Source: a virus. Taken from it: a stretch of 64,000 nucleotides of DNA. A program made the position numbers and the translations under genes. The notes below the pieces were generated by a model. The model had not been told where the DNA came from. It was given only the letters and a program-made list of their open reading frames with translations, and ran no database searches. This document shows, one piece after another, positions 18,409 through 27,023 of this stretch. Each line of letters begins with the position of its first letter. Position 1 is the first letter of the stretch. The stretch lies in IMG/VR virus record IMGVR_UViG_3300027804_000049, positions 50,611 to 114,610 of that record. One strand, 5' to 3'.

Positions 18409-18972
18409 TTATGACTTAGGGAACAGCGGCAGCCACTTGGTTATTGAAGGCTCCTCCGCACTACCGTCATAGGCATTTGGTCCTAGTCCCCATGAGCCCC
18501 AGTCAGTTCCACCTTTTGTCATGTGGAATGTAACCTTTGCATTAGTTACTGGGTCAAACAGGTCTGTGTTAGCCGCAAGGTTAAACTTCTCACGACGATC
18601 TACACCAAGGCTTCCAATCATGTTGACCTGGAATATGCCGTATGAATTGTCGCCTGTTCTCACATTGTCATTGTGAGCTATAGGTCGACCATTACTCTCC
18701 CGCATGGCAACTGCCCATGCTAGCTTTAGGGCTTGGCCCTTGAAGCCTACCGCACGAAGTAGCTCTATAAGCTCGTCCTGCGTTAGCTTCCTTACGCCCT
18801 CTAATCTTTCAAGAGGGTTTCCCTTTACAAGCTCGTACTTATGAGCTGGTATTGGTGTTTGTGCGTATTGTACCGTCGCATTTGATGACAAGGCTGTCAC
18901 CGCAAAGATACCGATTGTTAGTGCTGTTATATAGGCTACGGACGTCATTGCTAGTCCACGTAAAGTGAGCAA
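18409..18972 (-). CDS. Lysozyme-like / lytic transglycosylase with N-terminal anchor
   Basis: AWAVAMRESNG..SYGIFQVNM..LFDPVTNAK..WGSW; TTG start after AAGGAGG. Confidence 0.8.
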   Translation of the reverse strand: MLTLRGLAMTSVAYITALTIGIFAVTALSSNATVQYAQTPIPAHKYELVKGNPLERLEGVRKLTQDELIELLRAVGFKGQALKLAWAVAMRESNGRPIAHNDNVRTGDNSYGIFQVNMIGSLGVDRREKFNLAANTDLFDPVTNAKVTFHMTKGGTDWGSWGLGPNAYDGSAEEPSITKWLPLFPKS

Positions 18973-19203
18973 CGCTAGTTCGCCTCCTTCTTAGGTTAGG
19001 GATGGGATAACTCAATGCAGCCACCGCATTAAGCTTCTTGCTACCCTGCAGCTTCTCAGATTTGTGTCTGTCCTCTACCACTTGCACAGGGTTGGAGATA
19101 TTAAGGTGCGTTAATAAAATAAACGTGCCTCCGTCTCTCCGTATTGAACTTACTGGTAAACTATACCATAATGAAAGTAAAACTTGACCCAAAGTAGGCA
19201 GTT

Positions 19204-19494
19204 TTACTTATTTTTCTTCTTGGCCTTTTCTTCCTCTGCCTTTAGCATTTGAGCTTCAATTTTAAGAAGAAGAGGAGTAAATAGCCTCGCTAGGGATTCA
19301 ACATCACCTTGGACTTTTGCCTCATTCCGTTTCATGCGGCGAACACCTTTTTGTGCCGCGGTAATGAGTGGGCTGTCATGTACTACACCGTATAGTGGCA
19401 CTATGACCACCTCCTCTCGTTCTGATGGGTTAATTATATCATCAGAAGGGGGGTCTTGTAAACCCCCCTCGAGAGGAGGCTGGTACCAACTCAT
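19204..19494 (-). CDS. Hypothetical protein
   Basis: 96-aa ORF. Confidence 0.55.
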   Translation of the reverse strand: MSWYQPPLEGGLQDPPSDDIINPSEREEVVIVPLYGVVHDSPLITAAQKGVRRMKRNEAKVQGDVESLARLFTPLLLKIEAQMLKAEEEKAKKKNK

Positions 19495-19507
19495 AGGTAA
19501 ACCTACC

Positions 19508-19660
19508 TTAGTCCCTTTGAGACAGGCAGGCCATTGCGACCGAGGTTAACCCTAGGGCTAGGACCAACGTGCCTTTAGAAGGGTCCAGAAGGGCGATAAG
19601 AACCGCTAGAATAGAGCTGGCGGCTGATACCACGGCTGGCCACACAATGTTACGTAACAC
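19508..19660 (-). CDS. Small two-TM membrane protein (50 aa)
   Basis: Manual translation MLRNIVWPAVVSAASSILAVLIALLDPSKGTLVLALGLTSVAMACLSQRD. Confidence 0.55.
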   Translation of the reverse strand: MLRNIVWPAVVSAASSILAVLIALLDPSKGTLVLALGLTSVAMACLSQRD

Positions 19661-19672
19661 GGGGTCTAGACC

Positions 19673-19852
19673 TTACTTGCTCTTTCGGGTCTTACCCTTA
19701 AGGCGATCTGAGGTGTTACGGATTGGTGTGCCTGAGTCTGAGATGAGCTTACGAGCCTTGCCGTATGTAATGCCAAGCTCCTGGGCTACCTCAACTACGG
19801 ACTTGCCAGCTGTATAAAGTGCAGCTGCCTGTTGTGATGACGCTGTTGTCAT
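19673..19852 (-). CDS. Small HTH protein
   Basis: LYTAGKSVVEVAQELGITYGKARKLI; ATG 19852 after GAAAAGGA. Confidence 0.75.
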   Translation of the reverse strand: MTTASSQQAAALYTAGKSVVEVAQELGITYGKARKLISDSGTPIRNTSDRLKGKTRKSK

Positions 19853-19962
19853 TTGTTTTCCTTTTCTCGTTTTTTCCTGTTTATTTTTATTACCTTCGAG
19901 TGATAGTAATAAGACTCGCGACCGATCGATCAGATCGCGTGCCTCGTTGAGCAGACTACTGC

Positions 19963-20415
19963 TCAAGATTTATTTTTCTTTTCCGGTTTTGGAGGAACCT
20001 TCCCATGCTTGTTGCATAGCATCTTTCCTCCCCATGCGCTACGAGGTTTGACGTTTAGATCACAGTCAGTTCCATATCCTGCCGCATAGCAACGAACTCT
20101 GTCCTTGACAAGAATTGAATTGTTAATGGCAGCAATTGCGCGTTTGACAACTGAGTTGCTAATGGCAAATCCATTAGCCTCATGACAGGTCCAACACAGG
20201 TATTCATTTCTTCGATGTGCTGGATCTCTAAGTGCATTAGGTGCACCGCAGTTATCACAGTGTTGAATGTTCTTTCGAGTAAATACGATGTTTCGATAAT
20301 CTGATGCACAAATCAACTTGTCATCAAGTTCATAGACGAGTACGTTTGTGTCACCGCACAAGGAACAGGTGTCATAAACATAGATCTGTTCTCGTTGAAC
20401 AGTACCTCTTGTCAT
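19963..20415 (-). CDS. Cys-rich zinc-binding protein
   Basis: Multiple CxxC / CxxH pairs; GGAGGA RBS. Confidence 0.65.
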   Translation of the reverse strand: MTRGTVQREQIYVYDTCSLCGDTNVLVYELDDKLICASDYRNIVFTRKNIQHCDNCGAPNALRDPAHRRNEYLCWTCHEANGFAISNSVVKRAIAAINNSILVKDRVRCYAAGYGTDCDLNVKPRSAWGGKMLCNKHGKVPPKPEKKNKS

Positions 20416-20472
20416 TGATCCTCCGTAATCGTCCTTAGGAAAAACTATAATCCTTTTTCCTACGTTTGTAAA

Positions 20473-20748
20473 CTATTGAATCGGGTGAACTACGCCAAGG
20501 AGCGTTTGGTTCGCGGCAGATGCCTTGTTGAACTCTTTTTCCGCCATGTGGTCATAGGTTGCCGCGATAAGAATAGCAGGAAGACAGAAGGCTATTAGCC
20601 CAGTCATTGATGCAAGGAAGTGAATCCAAGATCCACCTACCGCAAGCACTACCATCGCAATTGCCCATAATCCTGACATTACCTTAAGTGAGAACGAGAT
20701 ACGACGGAATTGAAATCCGCGTCTACGAAGTTCCTTTGCTGTTTTCAT
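20473..20748 (-). CDS. Membrane protein
   Basis: Two hydrophobic helices; AAGGAG RBS. Confidence 0.65.
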   Translation of the reverse strand: MKTAKELRRRGFQFRRISFSLKVMSGLWAIAMVVLAVGGSWIHFLASMTGLIAFCLPAILIAATYDHMAEKEFNKASAANQTLLGVVHPIQ

Positions 20749-20758
20749 TTTTATCTCC

Positions 20759-20920
20759 TTAGTTTAGAGTTGCGATTCCAATAATTGTGCAAAGAACAAC
20801 TGCAAGAAGTGCAGGCCATGGGCCGCTTGCTAGATTCTCATCTGCCGAGTCTTTAATGTTACCTAAAAAATCTGAAACTTCATCCATGCAATTACCGAAG
20901 AAATCTGATACTGAGTTCAT
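20759..20920 (-). CDS. Small membrane protein (53 aa)
   Basis: MNSVSDFFGNCMDEVSDFLGN..PALLAVVLCTIIGIATLN; GAAAGGGG RBS downstream of cassette promoter. Confidence 0.6.
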   Translation of the reverse strand: MNSVSDFFGNCMDEVSDFLGNIKDSADENLASGPWPALLAVVLCTIIGIATLN

Positions 20921-21000
20921 TTTGAGCCCCTTTCGTGAGCTTGTCGTTGGTACTATTATATCAGGAAGATCCCGGATATTGGCTATATCCGACTAATATT

Positions 21001-21069
21001 TTAGAATTTACAGCCAGGACAATCAGAGCGTAGGCAGTCACCGCATATTACTTTATTGTCTTTTTCCAT
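21001..21069 (-). CDS. 22-aa CxxC-CxxC microprotein
   Basis: MEKDNKVICGDCLRSDCPGCKF with its own promoter (21091) and RBS GAAAGGGA. Confidence 0.6.
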   Translation of the reverse strand: MEKDNKVICGDCLRSDCPGCKF

Positions 21070-21116
21070 TTTAGTCCCTTTCCTGAGCTTGGTACTATTA
21101 TATCAGGTAGGTCAGG

Positions 21117-21243
21117 AAAATAAAGGAAGCCAGGTGGGAATGGGACCACCTGGCTCCTTGGAAAGGGTGTCTACAACTTGAACGAATTGGAGGTACGTCC
21201 AAGGAGACCCTTGGCATAAGGTATGAACGGACCTTTGCCAAGT
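21117..21243 (-). ncRNA. Candidate small structured RNA ending in intrinsic terminator
   Basis: Promoter variant at 21245-21260; stems CTTGGCA/TGCCAAG and CTCCTTGGA/TCCAAGGAG; terminator 21125-21157 plus U tract. Confidence 0.5.
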
Positions 21244-21255
21244 AGGATAATTATA

Positions 21256-22188
21256 TCATACCCACGAGAATAAACGAACCTCTTCATAGACCGTACCTAC
21301 AACCTCGCTCCAAATTTGCGGTGTGTGGTCAAAAGGTTGATACCCACCAGCTCCTCCGATGAGGACTCGGCCTTGAGCATATGTGTTGGCAATTTGACCT
21401 ACGACCTTAGCCGCATACTTGTATCCAGGGTAATCGAAGTTAAGGGTTGACAACGGATCTGAAATGTGAGCATCAGCTCCAGTAGCCAACAACACAACAT
21501 CTGGTTGGATCTTGTGTGATAGCTCAGCAACTTGATCTACCGCATCGCGAAATGCATCATCACCGGAGCCTGGATCTAACGCCCAGTTATAAATACCGAA
21601 CGAAGGCTTATGTCCATCAAGACCTGTACCTGGAAAAATCACAGAGTCGTGAATCGAGCATGTAACAATATCTCTTGAGCTGGCAAGTAGATTCTCAACG
21701 CCATCACCATGATGCGCATCCCAGTCGATATACATAACCTTCATGCCATTACGATGAAATTCCTTTGCAGCCCAAGCCATGTCGTTAAACACGCAAAATC
21801 CTGAGCTGTGATTACGTTGAGCATGGTGCTTAGCTCCCTGAGGATTAAAGCCAACCTTTAAGTCACCCGCAAGCATTTTTTCTGTAAGACGAACTGTTCC
21901 GGCAAACATGTGTAATGCGACCTTACCCTTGTGGGTATCGTCTGGTCTCCATTCACCGCAATGCCCAAGGTCAAGAACCTTTGAAACATATTCCTTATCG
22001 TGAATGGACTCTACGTGAGCTCTATCCGTATCAAGGATGTCTGGTTTTATAATGACGACGTCGTGGTTTTCCTGCAACATCTGTGTTGCATACTTTGCAC
22101 GAACCGGATTTGTTGGATGCTCGAAATCTGAGCTACCAAGTTTCCAATCAAGATACACATCGTCGTATGAGATATGTAGCTTAGTCAT
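21256..22188 (-). CDS. Zn-dependent histone deacetylase family (AcuC-like) deacetylase
   Basis: GAKHHA..SGFCVFND, IDWDAHHGDG, SIH..FPGTG, GADAH..DPL, GGY. Confidence 0.92.
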   Translation of the reverse strand: MTKLHISYDDVYLDWKLGSSDFEHPTNPVRAKYATQMLQENHDVVIIKPDILDTDRAHVESIHDKEYVSKVLDLGHCGEWRPDDTHKGKVALHMFAGTVRLTEKMLAGDLKVGFNPQGAKHHAQRNHSSGFCVFNDMAWAAKEFHRNGMKVMYIDWDAHHGDGVENLLASSRDIVTCSIHDSVIFPGTGLDGHKPSFGIYNWALDPGSGDDAFRDAVDQVAELSHKIQPDVVLLATGADAHISDPLSTLNFDYPGYKYAAKVVGQIANTYAQGRVLIGGAGGYQPFDHTPQIWSEVVGTVYEEVRLFSWV

Positions 22189-22693
22189 TTAACTTCAACT
22201 CCCTTAGATATTTCTCAAAGCTTTGATTTATCAAGACAGCGCTTGAACGCTTTGTCCGCATTAGCTCAATAGCTTGCTCAGCTGTATAGCCTTCAAGCAT
22301 GAGAACAATTCCCATAGTTAAGCCAGATCTATTGATTCCAGCTTGACATCTAACAAGAACATTCTTGCCAGACTTCCACTGTTCGTGTGCATATTTAGCC
22401 GCACGCATTAGTGTAGCCTCATCAAAGCTGGAGTTGTCATCGTAAAATCCGTAACGAACTTCCTCGACAAACCAGTCAACTGGTCGTGCCCATGCATAGA
22501 GCGTGACGACTACCTCGAAATCGTTTTTTGTTATTGCACGAGGACCTAATGTGTTGGCCTCGTAATCAATCGTGTCAAAATCATCTGTTCCACCAAGCCA
22601 AAGCCCTGAAAGGATCTCGCTCCATAGAGGAAAGTTCCAGTCAATTTCGTGCTGCGGTGCAGCACCAAGTTCCTCTGTACTGTAAGTTGCCAT
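22181..22693 (-). CDS. Dual-specificity protein phosphatase
   Basis: P-loop VRCQAGINRSG; GLWLG. True start near 22693/22699 after GAAAGGA; the ORF-track extension runs through the tRNA. Confidence 0.88.
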   Translation of the reverse strand: MATYSTEELGAAPQHEIDWNFPLWSEILSGLWLGGTDDFDTIDYEANTLGPRAITKNDFEVVVTLYAWARPVDWFVEEVRYGFYDDNSSFDEATLMRAAKYAHEQWKSGKNVLVRCQAGINRSGLTMGIVLMLEGYTAEQAIELMRTKRSSAVLINQSFEKYLRELKLND

Positions 22694-22771
22694 TGTCATG
22701 CGTCCTTTCGAATCGGTGGGACAGGGTCCCCATAGGTCTATTATATCAGGTTTGTAAACAACTCTAAAACA

Positions 22772-22847
22772 TGGAGCGGACGACGGGGGTCGAACCCGCG
22801 ACCTGAACCTTGGCAAGGTTCCGCGCTACCAACTGCGCTACGTCCGC
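22772..22847 (-). tRNA. tRNA-Gly(GCC)
   Basis: GCGGACGTAGCGCAGTTGGTAGCGCGGAACCTTGCCAAGGTTCAGGTCGCGGGTTCGACCCCCGTCGTCCGCTCCA; full cloverleaf, encoded CCA. Confidence 0.97.
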
Positions 22848-23410
22848 TAGAACTTCTGGGACTTTATAACGATAGGTTCAGCTGAGTAAATATCCCACTT
22901 GATTGCAGCAGCTATCGCTTTTTTAATATTCTCTTCTGCTTGTTTCAGTGTCTTTGCTGGACCTAGAATCTCTAGAGCTCCAAGCACAACGTCTCCTCCT
23001 GAACCACCGTAATAAACATTACGAACATCTCTGTCCCAAGAGTAGTCTTCGAAAATCGGATATATGACACCACGCACTGCAACTAAAAACATTGAGTCAT
23101 GAGCTGCCGCATCTCCGTCCTCCTTCATGTCATAACCAGCTTCAATAAAAGCTCGCCGCATCTCTGGAACAAACTTTTTAGTCATAAAGGAATCTAAGTT
23201 TTCTGCGCTGTTCGGTGGTTTTGGTGGAGTCCAGCCAAACTGAAGAATGTTAGATCCACGACTTGCACCAGCTCCAGCAATTAGGTATGGTCCGTTTTCG
23301 ATGACCTTATGAGTTGCCATAGTTGTGTATCGACCTGACTCTTCAGAAGCTCTAGAGTCGCATCCAATAACACACCAACCATTGCCTTGAATCGCGGCAA
23401 GCGTAGTCAT
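22847..23410 (-). CDS. Ntn-hydrolase, proteasome beta/HslV-like peptidase
   Basis: N-terminal MTTL nucleophile Thr, DSRAS, conserved K, GSGG, DIYS. Confidence 0.8.
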   Translation of the reverse strand: MTTLAAIQGNGWCVIGCDSRASEESGRYTTMATHKVIENGPYLIAGAGASRGSNILQFGWTPPKPPNSAENLDSFMTKKFVPEMRRAFIEAGYDMKEDGDAAAHDSMFLVAVRGVIYPIFEDYSWDRDVRNVYYGGSGGDVVLGALEILGPAKTLKQAEENIKKAIAAAIKWDIYSAEPIVIKSQKF

Positions 23411-23481
23411 ATTTCTCCCCCAGGGTAGTGGCCTTACGCCTGGGCAAATGTATACCAGGCGCTTGGGCTACGTCTAAAATA

Positions 23482-23814
23482 TTATGCTGGGTCGATTATA
23501 CCGAGTGGCACAGTCACATTTGATGACTGAACCTCGCCATTAGGAAGATATCTTGCGAATCTTCCCATAGGTGTCTCGAGTCTTACCACTACTTTTGTGC
23601 GGTTTTTCGAGATTACAGTTGCATACTGCCCAACCATGTACCGCGTACCTGTAAGTTCATTAAACTTAACTCTATCACCAACGCCAAAGTCGGCAATGGT
23701 ACGAACATTCCTTACTGTCTTACGGCGGTCTTCAATAGCCTTTGCGATACTTTCGAGGTCAGCATCAAACTGCCCTTCGGCAATACTCGCAAGTAGGGTT
23801 GTCTTTGTTTCCAT
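23482..23814 (-). CDS. Hypothetical protein with SH3/KOW-like C-terminus
   Basis: FGVGDRVKF..ATVISKNRTKVVV; cassette promoter and AGGAGG. Confidence 0.7.
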   Translation of the reverse strand: METKTTLLASIAEGQFDADLESIAKAIEDRRKTVRNVRTIADFGVGDRVKFNELTGTRYMVGQYATVISKNRTKVVVRLETPMGRFARYLPNGEVQSSNVTVPLGIIDPA

Positions 23815-23849
23815 ATTGTTCCCCTCCTTTTGGGTAGGGTACTATTATA

Positions 23850-24032
23850 TCATACTTTTGACAGGAATGTAACATCTCCGGGGTAGAATCTTTTCCCGTG
23901 AAGGTCATCAACCAGCTTTAAGGCAAGAGCTACCGCTGCTGTCTCACTGGAACTGATGACCTCGAGTTCACGAGTATCGTCACTTGTGTTTCTAGCGTTA
24001 AGCCTTACCTTGTATCGGTAAGCTTTTGGCAT
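23850..24032 (-). CDS. Hypothetical protein
   Basis: 60 aa, coupled to upstream gene; TGA lies inside the promoter motif. Confidence 0.6.
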   Translation of the reverse strand: MPKAYRYKVRLNARNTSDDTRELEVISSSETAAVALALKLVDDLHGKRFYPGDVTFLSKV

Positions 24033-24277
24033 TAGGCATCAACCTCAGCTTTGAGGTATTGAATCCCTTCAGACTTTTGTGCCTCGTCTTGTTCCCACGG
24101 CAAACGTGTTCTATCAATATCAAGTAAGCTGTTGGTAAACATTACCGCAGTCTTCTTTGCAGCGCCCAATGTTGTATGGGCAGCATAACGTTCCTCGCCT
24201 GATGCGAGATCCTTTACCTTTACGAGCCACGCGGATTGCGGAGCTTTATTTTTGAGTAGAGTTGCTACTACACTCAT
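24032..24277 (-). CDS. Hypothetical protein
   Basis: 81 aa, promoter at 24311, GAGGA RBS. Confidence 0.65.
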   Translation of the reverse strand: MSVVATLLKNKAPQSAWLVKVKDLASGEERYAAHTTLGAAKKTAVMFTNSLLDIDRTRLPWEQDEAQKSEGIQYLKAEVDA

Positions 24278-24314
24278 CGTTTCCTCTTTTCTTTGTCTTT
24301 GTGTTATAAACCTA

Positions 24315-24632
24315 TTATATCAGGTCTTCGTCATCATCCGAATTAGAGCGAGATCGTACCTCTTCCTGTTGGTCCCACATCTCTTGGCGAAGAGCACGTT
24401 CGTACTCATCACCGCGATACGAGTTAGAACCAAAGGAGATGTCCTCATCTTGATGAAGCTTATCTAAGCTAAGAACCGCGGTGTGTCCTGAAGCTGCAAA
24501 CATGATTACGAGCTTTACGTCACCTTCGTTTGCATCATCAACTAAAGCTACCGCAAAGGGAAGTCCTGCGACACCATTGCGATGATAAGCTAGATCAAGT
24601 ATTTGTAATCTATCTGGGTCAACTCTTGTCAC
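24315..24632 (-). CDS. Hypothetical protein
   Basis: YHRNGVAG..FGSNSYRGD; stop inside the promoter motif. Confidence 0.7.
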   Translation of the reverse strand: MTRVDPDRLQILDLAYHRNGVAGLPFAVALVDDANEGDVKLVIMFAASGHTAVLSLDKLHQDEDISFGSNSYRGDEYERALRQEMWDQQEEVRSRSNSDDDEDLI

Positions 24633-24790
24633 GAGGCTTTCCTTTCAGCAGTACTTGGTCTTTTCTTTGTAATCGTGCAACCTTCAAGCTTTTGTCTTGC
24701 TATCCAGTCCTTAGCTGTTTTCTCATCAGAGAACTGACCTAGCCACTTGTCTCCTTGAAAGACGTTAACGAGTTTGTATAGATTACTCAT
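24629..24790 (-). CDS. Hypothetical 53-aa protein
   Basis: MSNLYKLVNVFQGDKWLGQFSDEKTAKDWI..; 4-nt overlaps both sides. Confidence 0.6.
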   Translation of the reverse strand: MSNLYKLVNVFQGDKWLGQFSDEKTAKDWIARQKLEGCTITKKRPSTAERKAS

Positions 24791-25446
24791 ATCGCAGCTC
24801 GATTCTTTTTAATGATTGGTTTGTAAGACTTACTACTCGCACCAAGAGCTGGAGTCATGTATCCGTATCTTACAAGACGGAAGCGTAGTGCTCCATGAGT
24901 GACGCCAAGCTTCTTAGCAAGATGATAAAGCGTAACCTTTTCCTGGCTATGAACTTTCCAAAGAAGAGCCGCATACTCTTCAGCCTCTTTGCGATATTTC
25001 GGAGAATGACTACGAACAAGTTGCGCAAAGGGTTGAAGCTCAAGTAAGCGAGCTAGACTCTGTGCATCTGGCTCGTAGGGTTCGTATTTGTACTTGATGA
25101 TAGTCTCTGTTGGGAGAGCTGGAATTGGAAATTCCTCAGGGAACATCTTGATTTGCTCAATTAAGTCCTGGCCAATGCTGACGTCGATTTGTCGAATTCG
25201 TTCTCTAGTCAAGTCTGTTGCATCCGCGATTGACTGTAAAGTCCAGCCCGCATGTCGTAGTGCAGCAATGTAGGAATTTCTCACCAAAGCATCACTCTCT
25301 TTCTCTCTGTGAAGAGAGGTGCCAAATGACTTAAGGATAAGTCTAACGTTTTCAGGTAAAACCTGATTGTTTAGTATCGCATGAGTTTCCTCAATGGAAA
25401 CGAGCTTGCTGAAGTCTTTTCGTGTTAGTCTCTGTGTTTGTGTCAT
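24787..25446 (-). CDS. Multi-HTH (sigma70 region 4-like) DNA-binding protein
   Basis: GWTLQSIADATDLTRERIRQI; VTLYHLAKKLGVTHGALRFRL; leaderless after TTTACT-N17-TATAAT. Confidence 0.75.
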   Translation of the reverse strand: MTQTQRLTRKDFSKLVSIEETHAILNNQVLPENVRLILKSFGTSLHREKESDALVRNSYIAALRHAGWTLQSIADATDLTRERIRQIDVSIGQDLIEQIKMFPEEFPIPALPTETIIKYKYEPYEPDAQSLARLLELQPFAQLVRSHSPKYRKEAEEYAALLWKVHSQEKVTLYHLAKKLGVTHGALRFRLVRYGYMTPALGASSKSYKPIIKKNRAAI

Positions 25447-25523
25447 GGATATATTATATCATACTTTCTTTAGAAAGTAAAATGAAGCTGGGCCACTTCT
25501 CCTTAGCCCAGCTCCAAGTGGTA

Positions 25524-25799
25524 CTACTTCTTAGGGAACTTCTTTTGTCCGCGTCTGATTGCAGACATGGTCGTTGAAGCTTCCTTTGTAGTGTTTACCT
25601 GAATCTTCTCACCTGTGGAGGTATTGAAGATCAGATAGTGTGAGCTATCCACCGCACGTAAAACCGCAAGGGTCTTACGCTTACGGAAGTAAGCTGGCTT
25701 GTAACCATTTGGAAGTTTGACTCCGCGAGCCAAGGGAGGAAGCTGCTCTATGCGAGTTCCAGGCTTGGCACGAGCTGGAGATTTGATCTTCGCAGTCAT
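25524..25799 (-). CDS. Basic hypothetical protein
   Basis: 91 aa; GACGAAAGGA RBS; terminator-like hairpin 25486-25513. Confidence 0.7.
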   Translation of the reverse strand: MTAKIKSPARAKPGTRIEQLPPLARGVKLPNGYKPAYFRKRKTLAVLRAVDSSHYLIFNTSTGEKIQVNTTKEASTTMSAIRRGQKKFPKK

Positions 25800-25880
25800 G
25801 GTGTCCTTTCGTCTTTTATGAGCGCCTTGCTCATACTTGCTTATCTATTATATACAGATAAGGCAAATCTGTAAAATCAG

Positions 25881-26081
25881 TTAGGACAGGGCGAGTGGGT
25901 TACACTCGGGTAGAACGTGAGTTCTCCATTCACGGATAATCCTGTCAAAGGTACCCGTATACCCAAACTCCTTAGCTCGAAGGAGAATGGCGTAGTCCGC
26001 AAGGGACTCAGCCCAAACCTCTTCATGGTCCTTTGAGTTTTGAGCGGAGCAGCTTACGCAGAAATCTTGTTTTGTTTCCAC
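25881..26081 (-). CDS. Hypothetical protein
   Basis: 66-aa ORF. Confidence 0.45.
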   Translation of the reverse strand: METKQDFCVSCSAQNSKDHEEVWAESLADYAILLRAKEFGYTGTFDRIIREWRTHVLPECNPLALS

Positions 26082-26180
26082 GATTGGTCCTTGATCTTTT
26101 GTTGTAGCTCGCGATTTGGCACGAGCGCCAGAAGAACGAGACCGAGCTCTTCCTCGGTAAGTTTAATTGTGTACTCAACA

Positions 26181-26363
26181 TTACTCACTTTGAGCCTCCT
26201 CTAATTCCTTAAGGAATACTTCAATGTCCTTCTTGATGAAGTAGAAAGCATTACCGCATGAGTAGCAATACGCCTCAGTCATAGGGATCTCTCGGCAAAA
26301 TGCGTCGATACCCGAGTGAATCAGGTCGGTGTTTTCGCAACCTTGCACTTGGCATTTTTTCAT
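26181..26363 (-). CDS. Small Cys-rich protein
   Basis: CQVQGC..CYSC; AACGACGAAAGGA RBS. Confidence 0.65.
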   Translation of the reverse strand: MKKCQVQGCENTDLIHSGIDAFCREIPMTEAYCYSCGNAFYFIKKDIEVFLKELEEAQSE

Positions 26364-26472
26364 TTTCGTCCTTTCGTCGTTTGATTTGGCAGCTCAGAGG
26401 ACCTACCGCAGACGACCGCTGTAGTGAGCGATGTTCCGCGTGCCCCTGAACTGTTAGTACTATTATATCAGG

Positions 26473-26685
26473 TTATGGAGTAAACTCTAATACTTTCTTT
26501 GCCCAGCTTGCGAGCTTTGGTTCAAACTTGTTTTTGTGGTGGCCGCATAGGTATAGGTCGCCGGAGTCGCCGGAGATCTTCCAAAGGGCACGGGCAACGC
26601 GGCACGCGTCACATTGGACATACTCAGAGAAGGTCGTTGGCTCCAAAGGAGCCTGAGCTTCAAGCACCGCACCTGTCTCACTCAT
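26473..26685 (-). CDS. Small zinc-binding protein (CxxC..CGHH)
   Basis: CDAC..LYLCGHH; similar to 50410 gene. Confidence 0.65.
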   Translation of the reverse strand: MSETGAVLEAQAPLEPTTFSEYVQCDACRVARALWKISGDSGDLYLCGHHKNKFEPKLASWAKKVLEFTP

Positions 26686-26689
26686 GAGA

Positions 26690-27013
26690 TTACTTTATCA
26701 CGTGAGAGAGATGGTTAAGAGTTTCAGTCACGAGACTTATTGCCTCGAAACTGTTTCCTCCGATATGCCACTCATAAAGCTCACTTAGTCCAGGTCTTCC
26801 GAACTCGTATCGCTTCCAATCGTAGATGGTTGCGATTTCTCCGGAGTCAAATTGGATTATCCACTCTGTGGTGACTTTATCACCCATTGAGAATAACTGT
26901 GGATCTCCGAAAACCTCGGTAAGTTTTTCACGAGTCGTTTGCACGTATCCCTGCAGTGAAGTTCCACTGGCATTGATTTCTGAATCTGCGAAAAAATTAT
27001 CTCCGAACTTCAT
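26690..27013 (-). CDS. Phage hypothetical protein
   Basis: GTSLQGY..VFGDP..DKVTTEW..TIYDWK..WHIGG; start after AAGGAGG. Confidence 0.7.
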   Translation of the reverse strand: MKFGDNFFADSEINASGTSLQGYVQTTREKLTEVFGDPQLFSMGDKVTTEWIIQFDSGEIATIYDWKRYEFGRPGLSELYEWHIGGNSFEAISLVTETLNHLSHVIK

Positions 27014-27023
27014 TTCATCCTCC

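Noticed and set aside
22700-22816. N-terminal extension of the phosphatase ORF (211 aa in track)
   Set aside because: It runs through the tRNA and promoter; the RBS points to 22693/22699.
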